This document shows positions 19,375-27,354 of a stretch of DNA of 64,000 nt, in pieces; positions within the stretch are counted from its first letter, which is position 1; each line of letters begins with the position of its first letter. The stretch is taken from contig CBDIBD010000002.1 in the NCBI GenBank assembly GCA_965276655.1, forward strand, positions 277,923 through 341,922. The letters are read 5' to 3'. Made by a program: the position numbers and the translations under genes. The notes beneath the pieces were generated by a model. It was not told the DNA's origin, searched no databases, and worked only from the letters and a program-made list of their open reading frames with translations. Origin of the DNA: Acetobacteraceae bacterium. GTDB lineage: Bacteria > Pseudomonadota > Alphaproteobacteria > Acetobacterales > Acetobacteraceae.

Positions 19375-20828
19375 GCGCGAGAAATGGCGAGCAGGGCGTC
19401 GATGTCGACGTGACGCTCGAGATGGGCCGCGAACGCGTCGAGGATGCGGTCGATCCCGGCCTCATGGTCATGCCCCGCTTCCTTGCCCGACAGCAGCGCG
19501 CCGCGGAACCCGTCATTGGCGAACAGCCCGTGCAGATAGGTGCCGCCGACGAGACCATCGGCGGAGCGCGCGCCGTCCTCGCTGCCGTCATCGAGGCGCG
19601 CGAACGGACGGCCGCAATCGGGACCGGTCGTGATCCCGAGATGCATCTCGTAGCCTCTGATCCGGACGCCGTGCTCGGTGCATCCGGCGATTTTCGTCAG
19701 TCGCTTCCCGGCCGCCAGCGTGGTCGTGACGTCGAGCAACCCGAGTCCCTCTGCCTCGCCCGGCGCCCCCTCGATCCCGAGCGGGTCCGCGATCAGCCGG
19801 CCGAGCATCTGCAAGCCCCCGCAGATGCCCAGGATCCGGCCGCCCCGCCGACGATGGGCCGCGAGGTCGACCGGCCACCCCGCACTTCGCAGCGCGTCGA
19901 GATCGGCGATCGTGGCCTTGCTGCCCGGGATCACGACCAGGTCGCAATCGCCCGGCAGCGGCTGGTCGAGCGGCAGCATCATCAGCGTCACGCCCGGTTC
20001 GGCCGCCAGCGGATCGAAATCGTCGAAATTGGCGATGTGCGGCAGCAGCGGCACGGCCACCCGCATGCGTCCGTCCGGACGCCCGCCTCCTCGCCCGCCT
20101 GACGGCACCAGGTCGAGCGCGTCCTCCCGCGGCAGCCTTGCCGCGTCCTCGAAATGCGGGATCAGCCCGAGCGGCGCCCAGCCCGTCGCGGCGCCGATCG
20201 CGCGCATGCCGTCCTCGAACAGCGACAGGTCGCCGCGCATCCGGTTGACCAGGAACCCGCGGACGAGCGCGCGGTCCGCGGCATCGAGCACGGTATGGGT
20301 GCCGACCAGGCTCGCGATCACCCCGCCACGGTCGATGTCGCCCACGATCACCACCGGCACGTCCGCCGCCCGCGCGAAGCCCATGTTGGCGATGTCGTTG
20401 GCCCGCAGATTGATCTCGGAGGCGCTGCCCGCCCCCTCGACGATGACGATGTCATGGGCAGCCGCAAGGCGCGCGAAGCTGTCGAGCACGAACCCCATCA
20501 GCGTGGGCTTGATCGCCTGGTAGGCCCGCGCGTTCGCCTGTCCGTGGATGCGCCCCTGGACGATGATCTGCGAGCCGTCGCCCTGCGGCTTGAGCAGCAC
20601 AGGATTCATGTCGCTGACCGGTGCCAGGCCGCAGGCGCGCGCCTGGAACGCCTGCGCACGGCCGATCTCGCCCCCGTCCTCGGTCACGGCGGCATTGTTG
20701 GACATGTTCTGCGGCTTGAACGGCGCCGGCCGCAGACCTCTTGCGCGAAGTGCCCGGCAGAGCCCCGCCACGACGAGGGATTTGCCCACCGAGGAGCCGG
20801 TGCCTTGCAGCATGAGTGCAGGCATCAT
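19371..20828 (-). CDS. cobQ: Cobyric acid synthase
   Basis: N-terminal GTGSSVGKS loop and a C-terminal GATase domain (ICGGLQMLG). 485 aa. Confidence 0.9.
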   Translation of the reverse strand: MMPALMLQGTGSSVGKSLVVAGLCRALRARGLRPAPFKPQNMSNNAAVTEDGGEIGRAQAFQARACGLAPVSDMNPVLLKPQGDGSQIIVQGRIHGQANARAYQAIKPTLMGFVLDSFARLAAAHDIVIVEGAGSASEINLRANDIANMGFARAADVPVVIVGDIDRGGVIASLVGTHTVLDAADRALVRGFLVNRMRGDLSLFEDGMRAIGAATGWAPLGLIPHFEDAARLPREDALDLVPSGGRGGGRPDGRMRVAVPLLPHIANFDDFDPLAAEPGVTLMMLPLDQPLPGDCDLVVIPGSKATIADLDALRSAGWPVDLAAHRRRGGRILGICGGLQMLGRLIADPLGIEGAPGEAEGLGLLDVTTTLAAGKRLTKIAGCTEHGVRIRGYEMHLGITTGPDCGRPFARLDDGSEDGARSADGLVGGTYLHGLFANDGFRGALLSGKEAGHDHEAGIDRILDAFAAHLERHVDIDALLAISRA

Positions 20829-20835
20829 TGATGAG

Positions 20836-20884
20836 CCCAGGGCTCTGCCCTGGACCCGCCGGGGGGAGGCGCCCCCGGACCCGC
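20836..20884. repeat. GC-rich double-hairpin intergenic repeat (family member a)
   Basis: cccagggc-tct-gccctgg / ACCCGCC / gggggg-agg-cgccccc. The hairpin-ACCCGCC-hairpin layout is shared with the elements at 38666, 55509 and others. Confidence 0.6.
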
Positions 20885-20885
20885 A

Positions 20886-21500
20886 TCAAAATTCAATGCC
20901 TTCCTGCGCTTTCACGCCGGCGGCGAAATGGTGCTTGGTCGGCTCGAAGCTGGTGACGAGGTCCGCGGCTTCGACCAGCCCGGCGGGCGCGTTGCGGCCG
21001 GTCACCACGACATGCAGCATCGCCGGCCGCGCCGCGAGCCCCGCCAGCACCCCCGCGAGATCGAGATAACCGTAGCGCAACGCGATATTGAGCTCGTCCA
21101 GCACCAGCAGCCCGATGTCCGGGTCGTCGCGCAGCGCGATCGCGCGCGACCAGGCGGCCTCGCAGGCCGCGACGTCGCGCGCCCGATCCTGGGTCTCCCA
21201 GGTGAAGCCCTCGCCCATCGTGTGCCAGTCGACGCGGTCGCCGAACGCCTGCAGCGCCCGCCGCTCGGCGGTGTCCCAGCCGCCCTTGATGAACTGCACC
21301 ACGCCCACGCGCCGCCCGATGCCGAGCATGCGCAGCGCCAGGCCCATCGCCGCCGTGGTCTTGCCCTTGCCGCGCCCGGTATGGACCATCAACAGGCCCT
21401 TGAGGGCGGTCTTGGACGCCACCTCGCGATCCTGGATCTCCTTGCGCCGCTCCATCCTGGCGCGGTGCCTTGCGTCGGGATCGGGATCGACATCGGTCAC
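20886..21500 (-). CDS. cobO: Cob(I)yrinic acid a,c-diamide adenosyltransferase
   Basis: P-loop GRGKGKTTAAMG. Motifs VQFIKGGW and LVLDELN, typical of CobO/BtuR. Confidence 0.9.
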   Translation of the reverse strand: MTDVDPDPDARHRARMERRKEIQDREVASKTALKGLLMVHTGRGKGKTTAAMGLALRMLGIGRRVGVVQFIKGGWDTAERRALQAFGDRVDWHTMGEGFTWETQDRARDVAACEAAWSRAIALRDDPDIGLLVLDELNIALRYGYLDLAGVLAGLAARPAMLHVVVTGRNAPAGLVEAADLVTSFEPTKHHFAAGVKAQEGIEF

Positions 21501-21699
21501 ATGGGGCTCCTGAACGCGGGGATGGTGGGCGGGCCGGGATGTGCTAAGTTACCCATTCGGGACATATGCCCGAGCCGGCGCTTTTCGGCCCAAGATCTGC
21601 CCTACGACCCGCTTCACGCGGTTACGCATCGGTGCATCGGTTGCGGAAAAGTCAAGAAACCCCGTGACGTGCGGGATGCTGGAAGAGAAGGAGACTCCG

Positions 21700-21906
21700 A
21701 TGTCTGTCGGAACAGTGAAGTGGTTCAACGCGACCAAGGGCTATGGCTTCATCCAGCCGGATGACGGCTCCAAGGATGTGTTCGTGCATATCTCGGCGGT
21801 CGAGCGCTCCGGCCTCGGCCAGCTCAACGAGGGCCAAAAGGTCAGCTTCGAGCTCGAGCGCGGCCAGCAGGGCAAGACGTCCGCCGTCAATCTGCAGGCG
21901 GTCTGA
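21700..21906 (+). CDS. cspA: Cold-shock protein (CspA family)
   Basis: RNP1 KGYGFI and RNP2 VFVHIS. 68 aa. GAAGGAGA RBS. Roughly 200 nt separates it from the divergent cobO start, leaving room for a long CspA-type 5' leader. Confidence 0.9.
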   Translation: MSVGTVKWFNATKGYGFIQPDDGSKDVFVHISAVERSGLGQLNEGQKVSFELERGQQGKTSAVNLQAV

Positions 21907-21914
21907 CCGGGTCT

Positions 21915-21947
21915 GGCGGGGTCCGGCGGACCCCGCCTTCCCTTTTC
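21915..21947 (+). terminator. Rho-independent terminator after cspA
   Basis: Perfect 10-bp stem ggcggggtcc/ggaccccgcc with a 3-nt loop, followed by ttcccttttc. Confidence 0.7.
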
Positions 21948-21969
21948 GGTCGATCGCTGCAGGAGCGGG

Positions 21970-22137
21970 ATGATGGCGTTCAAGCCGAACTACAACCATC
22001 AGAAGATGGAACGGGACCGGGCCAAGCAGGCCAAGAAGGAAGAAAAGCTCCGCGAGAAGCAGGAGCGACGCCGCGCCGAGCTCGAGCCGGGCGCCGAATC
22101 GGCCGAGGGCCAGCCGCCGACCGAGAACGAGCCGTGA
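21970..22137 (+). CDS. Small Lys/Glu/Arg-rich protein (55 aa); too short to appear in the supplied ORF track
   Basis: Hand translation: MMAFKPNYNHQKMERDRAKQAKKEEKLREKQERRRAELEPGAESAEGQPPTENEP. AGGAG lies at 21961-21965. Its stop overlaps the next ORF's GTG (GTGA). Confidence 0.45.
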   Translation: MMAFKPNYNHQKMERDRAKQAKKEEKLREKQERRRAELEPGAESAEGQPPTENEP

Positions 22138-22349
22138 AAAGCCGCTCTGCGAGTTCGGTCGTGATGTTCGACGTCACCTATATCGACGGCAGCGTGACCT
22201 CCCGCCGCAAGGTCGCGGGCGTCGCCCTCGGCGGCCTCGACGGCGACGAGCCTGCCAAACATATCATCGCCCAGCAGGACCGTGAGATCGGACAAGCGTC
22301 CGGCCGACCGCGTCCCGAGATCAAATCGATCACGCGCTCGAAGGTCTGA
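22134..22349 (+). CDS. Hypothetical small protein (71 aa; 61 aa if it starts at ATG 22164)
   Basis: The GTG at 22134 overlaps the upstream stop. Sequence ...MFDVTYIDGSVTSRRKVAGVALGGLDGDEP... No family recognised with certainty. Confidence 0.4.
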   Translation: MKSRSASSVVMFDVTYIDGSVTSRRKVAGVALGGLDGDEPAKHIIAQQDREIGQASGRPRPEIKSITRSKV

Positions 22350-23989
22350 CAGCCATACGGGCGCGGCCCCTCGTCCTGGCGGCGTTGATCGCGTCAGGAC
22401 CCTCCGCCGGCGCGATCGAACCGGACGGCTGCGGCACCGTCGTGGTGCCCTCCGCCGTCGGATCATCCGATGTGCCGGCGCCGGCGGCCAGCCTGCATCC
22501 CGTGCTAGCGAACAGCTCCCTCGTCGAAACCCAGCTCTATGACCTGCTCTACCGGCCGGTGCTATGGATCAACCCAGAGCACCAGATCGATCCGGTCGAC
22601 AGCCTCGCGTCATCGGTCAAGGCGGCCGATGGCGGTGCGACATTTCGCATCACCCTCAAACCTTATGTCTGGTCGGATGGGGCGCCGGTCACGGCGGACG
22701 ACGTCCTCTACTGCTGGGAAATGATCAAGGAGGACGGCCCGTCCTTCGTCAATTATCAGACCGGCGGCATACCCCAGCTCGTCCGGAGCGTGACAGTGAC
22801 CGGCGCGCACACGCTCGAAATCAGGCTGACCCGCGCGGTCAATCCCGACTGGTTCGAGATCACCGGCATCCAACTGCTGTTCGCGCTGCCCCGTCATGCC
22901 TGGGGTCACCTGACGATTAAGCAGCAGCAGAGCCTGCAAAGCACGACGTCCTTCTACGGCGTCGTCGACGGCCCCTTCCGCCTCGACCGGCTCGAAGTCG
23001 GCCGCTACGCGGCTTTTTCCCCAAATCCGCTCTATGGCGGCCACAAGGCGTCGATGCGCCGCCTGCTGGTGACTTTCCTGCAGGGAACCGATCCGCTGGC
23101 AGCACTGCAAGCCGGGCAGGTCGACATGGCGAGCCTGCCCTTCTCGGTGTGGGAGGCAGCAAGGAAACTGCCCGGTTTCGATCTCGTGTCGATCGGGCCG
23201 AGCGCGCAATTCACCACCATCGTGCCTAATCTTGCGAGCCCGAGCGCGCCGTTCCTCGCCGACCTTCGGGTCAGGCAGGCGATGGCTATGGCGGTCGATC
23301 AGCAGCGCCTCGTGGCCAGCGTGTTCCACGGCAACTCGCTCGTCGATCGCGGCTTCATCCCGACGGCACTCGACAAGTTCCTCTCTCCCGAAATTCGCGG
23401 CGGACGGACGCCCATCGCCTTTGATCCAACGCGGGCAATGCATCTGCTCGATCAGGCGGGCTGGCGCCCGGGGCCGCGGGGCATCCGCGGCAAGGACGGC
23501 CACCTTCTCAGCTTCGAGGTGTTGACCACGGCTGGCGACGCGACCGGCCTGACGATGCTGGAACTGATCAGGAGCGACCTCGCGTCTGTCGGTATCGAGC
23601 TCCGGATCAAGGAAACCGAGTTCAACCAGCTCCTGGCGCGCATGGCCGGCTCCCCCGCGGCGTGGCAGGCCGCGTTCCTGAGCTGGTCCATGACCGCCTA
23701 TCCCGACGGGACGCAGCAATACCAGACCGGCAGTTTCGGCAACTACGAGCACTACAGCAGTCCCGCGATGGACCGCCTGCTCGATGCTGCGATCTACAAT
23801 CCCGGGATGGACGGATTGTTCGCGCTCGAGAACTATATCCTCGAGCAGCAGCCAATGATCTTCCTGCCCACCGGCTTCTACACCGTGATGGTGCGCCCCG
23901 GCATCGACGGCGTGCGCAAATTCATCAGTCCGAGCGGAACCTGGTCGCCCGAATATCTGACGCTGCACGGGGCGATGGCTTGTCATTGA
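22346..23989 (+). CDS. ABC transporter substrate-binding protein, family 5 (peptide/nickel type), copy 1; start codon uncertain
   Basis: Paralogous over its full length to the next gene. The track start (TTG 22385) removes the signal peptide. The in-frame upstream sequence reads LTAIRARPLVLAALIASGPSAGA, but the only candidate starts there are CTG 22346 and ATA 22355. Confidence 0.8.
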   Translation: MTAIRARPLVLAALIASGPSAGAIEPDGCGTVVVPSAVGSSDVPAPAASLHPVLANSSLVETQLYDLLYRPVLWINPEHQIDPVDSLASSVKAADGGATFRITLKPYVWSDGAPVTADDVLYCWEMIKEDGPSFVNYQTGGIPQLVRSVTVTGAHTLEIRLTRAVNPDWFEITGIQLLFALPRHAWGHLTIKQQQSLQSTTSFYGVVDGPFRLDRLEVGRYAAFSPNPLYGGHKASMRRLLVTFLQGTDPLAALQAGQVDMASLPFSVWEAARKLPGFDLVSIGPSAQFTTIVPNLASPSAPFLADLRVRQAMAMAVDQQRLVASVFHGNSLVDRGFIPTALDKFLSPEIRGGRTPIAFDPTRAMHLLDQAGWRPGPRGIRGKDGHLLSFEVLTTAGDATGLTMLELIRSDLASVGIELRIKETEFNQLLARMAGSPAAWQAAFLSWSMTAYPDGTQQYQTGSFGNYEHYSSPAMDRLLDAAIYNPGMDGLFALENYILEQQPMIFLPTGFYTVMVRPGIDGVRKFISPSGTWSPEYLTLHGAMACH

Positions 23990-25614
23990 TCGGGCGCCGC
24001 CTCGCCTGCCTGCTGACATTCGCCGCCCTCGGCATGCCTCCTGGGCTCGCGTCCGATTGCGGAACGGTGATCGTGCCTTCGGGCGTCGGCCTCGGCGATC
24101 CGCAGCCGGTCGACACCCTCGATCCCGTGCTCGCGACAGGCACGATCTACGAGCAGCAGACCTACCAGATGCTCTATCGGCCGGTGGTCTGGTCCAACGA
24201 GAAGCACGAGATCGACTGGAACCTGGGCCTGGCGTCCGCGATCGACGTGCAGGATGGCGGCGCGACCTTCGTCGTCACCCTCAAGCCGTATGTCTGGTCG
24301 GATGGCCATCCGGTCACCGCCGACGACGTGCTCTATTGCTGGCAGCTCATCAAGGCGCTCGGCGAAACCTACGTCTATTATGGAACCGGCGGCATTCCGC
24401 AGTTGGTCAAGGACGTGTCGGTGACCGGACCTCACACCCTGGTGGTCCGCTTGACCAAGACGGTCAATCCGCAATGGTTCCAGCAATCGGGACTCGGCCA
24501 GTTCTATGCGTTGCCGCGTCACGCCTGGGGCCGCTTCTCGATCGCTCAGCAACAAACCCTCCAGAGCACACCGTCGTTCTACGCCGTCGTCGACGGGCCC
24601 TTCCATCTCGCCGAACTCCACCTCGGCCGCTACGCCGTCTTCGAGCCGAACCCGCTCTATGGCGGGCACAAGGCCGCCATCAAGCGCCTCATCGTCAACT
24701 TCCTGCAGGGCACCGATCCGCTCGCGGCCCTGACCGCGGGCCAAGTCGACATGGCGACGCTGCCATTCACCATCTGGGACAAGGCGCGCCATCTGCCCGG
24801 GTTCCGCGCGGTCTCGATCGGGCCTACCTCCGGCTATTTCACCATCATCCCGAACATGAAGAACCCGAATGCACCGTTCCTGGCCGATGCCCGCGTCCGC
24901 CAGGCGATCTCGATGGCGATCGGCCAGGAGCGGATCATCGACACGGTGTTTCACGGCCAGTCGCTGCCGGTCCGCGGCTTCGTGCCCTCCGCGCTCACCG
25001 ACTATCTCGCGCCGGACATCAAGAAGGGGCATCCGTCGCTGACCGACGACCCGGTGCGCGCACGCGCCCTGCTCGACGACGCCGGCTGGCGCACCGGCCC
25101 CGACGGCATCCGCGTCAAGGACGGCAAGCGGCTTGCTTTCGACATCCTGGTCACGGCCGGAGTGGAGGAACGTTTGGAGACGCTCGAGCTGGTGGAAGCC
25201 GATCTCGCCGCCGCCGGGATTTCTGTCCACATCAAGGAAGTCCAGTTCAACCAGCTCTTCGCGCGCATGCTCGGACCGCCGGCCGCCTGGGATTCGGTCT
25301 TCATCGGCTGGTCGATCCCGGGCTACCCGGAGGGCAACCAGTTCTTCAAGACCGGCAGCTCGTCGAACTATGAGCGCTACAGCAACCCCGGCATGGACCG
25401 GTTGCTCGAAGCGGCGGTCGACAAGCCGGGCCTGGACGAGTTGTTCCGCGTCGAGGACCTGGTGATGGCCGAGCAGCCGATGATCTTCCTCCCCGAGGGC
25501 TTCCACCAGGTGCTGGTCCGGCCCGGGATCGAGGGCGTGACCGACTTCGTCAAACCGAACGGCACCTGGTCGCCGGAATTCCTGCGTCTGAGCGGAGACA
25601 TGGCGTGCCACTGA
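23986..25614 (+). CDS. ABC transporter substrate-binding protein, family 5, copy 2
   Basis: The TTG at 23986 overlaps the copy 1 stop (TTGA) and gives the signal peptide MIGRRLACLLTFAALGMPPGLA. Long blocks are shared with copy 1 (KPYVWSDG.PVTADDVLYCW, NPLYGGHKA, LQGTDPLAAL.AGQVDMA.LPF). Confidence 0.85.
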   Translation: MIGRRLACLLTFAALGMPPGLASDCGTVIVPSGVGLGDPQPVDTLDPVLATGTIYEQQTYQMLYRPVVWSNEKHEIDWNLGLASAIDVQDGGATFVVTLKPYVWSDGHPVTADDVLYCWQLIKALGETYVYYGTGGIPQLVKDVSVTGPHTLVVRLTKTVNPQWFQQSGLGQFYALPRHAWGRFSIAQQQTLQSTPSFYAVVDGPFHLAELHLGRYAVFEPNPLYGGHKAAIKRLIVNFLQGTDPLAALTAGQVDMATLPFTIWDKARHLPGFRAVSIGPTSGYFTIIPNMKNPNAPFLADARVRQAISMAIGQERIIDTVFHGQSLPVRGFVPSALTDYLAPDIKKGHPSLTDDPVRARALLDDAGWRTGPDGIRVKDGKRLAFDILVTAGVEERLETLELVEADLAAAGISVHIKEVQFNQLFARMLGPPAAWDSVFIGWSIPGYPEGNQFFKTGSSSNYERYSNPGMDRLLEAAVDKPGLDELFRVEDLVMAEQPMIFLPEGFHQVLVRPGIEGVTDFVKPNGTWSPEFLRLSGDMACH

Positions 25615-26564
25615 TCCGCTCGCTCGGCCGGCGTCTCGGCGCGTCGCTCCTTTCCCTGTTCATCCTGGTCAGCATCTCCTTCGTGCTGGTGCACCTCACT
25701 CCCGGCGGCCCGGCCTTCTCGATCCTCGGCCTGAAGGCGACCGCGCAGTCGGTCGCCGCCGTCAACAAGGCGCTCGGCCTGACCGTCCCGCTCTGGCAGC
25801 AATACGCGATCTGGTGGTGGCACCTGCTGCACGGCGATCTCGGCTTCTCGTACCTCCTCCATCGCCCGGTCGGCGAATTGCTGCTCAGCTACGAGCGCAA
25901 CACCATCGTGATGTACGGCCTCGCCATCCTGCTCAGCGCCGCGATGGCGATCGGGCTCGGCATGGCGCACGGCGTGCTCTACCGGCGGCCGGCAGGCACC
26001 CTGCTGTCGCTGCTGGAACTGACGCTCTACGCGATGCCGTCGTTCTTCCTCGGCGCGATCATGGTGCTGATCTTCGCGACGTCGCTCGGCTGGCTGCCCC
26101 CCGGCGGCCTCGTCGATCTGCGGCTCGAGACGCCCACCATCGGTTCCTATCTGCGCCACCTGATCCTGCCCGTGACCACCATCGCGCTGATCACCATGGC
26201 CGGGCAGGCGCGCTATTTCGCCCAGGCCGTGCACGAGGAGCTGGGCCGCGACTACGTGCGCACCGCGGTTTCCAAGGGAGCCACCCCGCGTCAGGTGCTG
26301 TTCGGCCACGTCTTGCGCAACGCGCTACGCCCGCTGGTGACATTGCTCGGCATCTCGTTTCCCTACGTCTTCGCCGGCGGCGTCGTCGTCGAGACGGTGT
26401 TCTCCTATCCCGGCCTCGGCTGGCTGCTGTGGCGGTCGGCACTGCTGCAGGACTATCCGGTGCTGATCGCGATCGTGCTGCTGATCGGCGTGCTCACGAT
26501 CATCGGCAACCTGCTCGCCGACCTGATCAACGGGCTGCTCGATCCGAGGGCGAACTATGCCTAG
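25605..26564 (+). CDS. ABC transporter permease (DppB/NikB-like)
   Basis: Six-TM binding-protein-dependent permease with the EAA-loop region DYVRTAVSKGATPRQVLFGHVLRNAL. Confidence 0.9.
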   Translation: MPLIRSLGRRLGASLLSLFILVSISFVLVHLTPGGPAFSILGLKATAQSVAAVNKALGLTVPLWQQYAIWWWHLLHGDLGFSYLLHRPVGELLLSYERNTIVMYGLAILLSAAMAIGLGMAHGVLYRRPAGTLLSLLELTLYAMPSFFLGAIMVLIFATSLGWLPPGGLVDLRLETPTIGSYLRHLILPVTTIALITMAGQARYFAQAVHEELGRDYVRTAVSKGATPRQVLFGHVLRNALRPLVTLLGISFPYVFAGGVVVETVFSYPGLGWLLWRSALLQDYPVLIAIVLLIGVLTIIGNLLADLINGLLDPRANYA

Positions 26565-27354
26565 GCTCGTCGTGGGGCTGGTCCTCGCCTTCCTCGTCGT
26601 GCCCGGAAGCTTTCTCGGCGCCTGGCTCTATGCCGCCGATCCGTTCGTGCTGCACACGCAATTGCCGCTCGCACCGCCCTCGCTCGCCCATCCGCTCGGC
26701 ACCGACGCGCTCGGGCGCGACCTGCTCGCGCGGCTGTTCTCCGGCGGCGTCGCGACCCTGCTGGTCAGCCTGCCCGCCACCCTGCTCACGTTCCTGCTCG
26801 GCTCCGCCTACGGACTTGCCTCCGGGCTCGGGCCGGCCTGGCTCGACCAGGTGCTGATGCGCGTGCTCGACGCGATGCTGGCACTCCCGGCGTTGATCGT
26901 GCTGATCTTCTTCGCCGCCCTGGTGACGCTGAACATCCCGAGCCTGATCCTGCTGCTCGGCCTCATCTCGTGGCCCAGCCTCGCCCGGCTGGTGCGCAAC
27001 GAGACCATCGCCCAGCGCGACCGGGAGTTCGTGCTCGCCGCGCGCCAGTCCGGCGGCAGCCGCTTGTATGTCGCGCGCGTGCACCTCGCCCGCGTGATGG
27101 CGCCGATCCTGGTGGTGAACGCGACGCTGCTGACCGGCGAGATGATCGTCGTGCTGTCGGCGCTGAGTTTTCTCGGCTTGGGCGTCCAGCCGCCGCAGAC
27201 GAGCTGGGGCGGCCTGCTCGAGAACGGCCTGTCGCTCATCGCGCTCAAGCCGTGGTGGCTGATCCTGCCGCCCGGCCTGATGATCTTCGCGGCCCTGTTC
27301 TCGACTTCGCTGATCGGCGAAGCCCTGCTCGCGCGCCGGGTCGGCGCGCGATGA
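26557..27354 (+). CDS. ABC transporter permease (DppC/NikC-like)
   Basis: Permease with the loop EFVLAARQSGGSRLYVARVHLARVMAP. Overlaps both neighbouring genes. Confidence 0.9.
   Translation: MPRLVVGLVLAFLVVPGSFLGAWLYAADPFVLHTQLPLAPPSLAHPLGTDALGRDLLARLFSGGVATLLVSLPATLLTFLLGSAYGLASGLGPAWLDQVLMRVLDAMLALPALIVLIFFAALVTLNIPSLILLLGLISWPSLARLVRNETIAQRDREFVLAARQSGGSRLYVARVHLARVMAPILVVNATLLTGEMIVVLSALSFLGLGVQPPQTSWGGLLENGLSLIALKPWWLILPPGLMIFAALFSTSLIGEALLARRVGAR

Noticed and set aside
21501-21699. Possible second cobalamin riboswitch upstream of cobO (and likewise upstream of cobA, cobL and cobC)
   Set aside because: Neither strand contains the GCCACTG / GGGAAGGC / AGCCAGGAGACCTGCC blocks. The region is more simply the divergent cobO/cspA promoter plus the long cspA leader.
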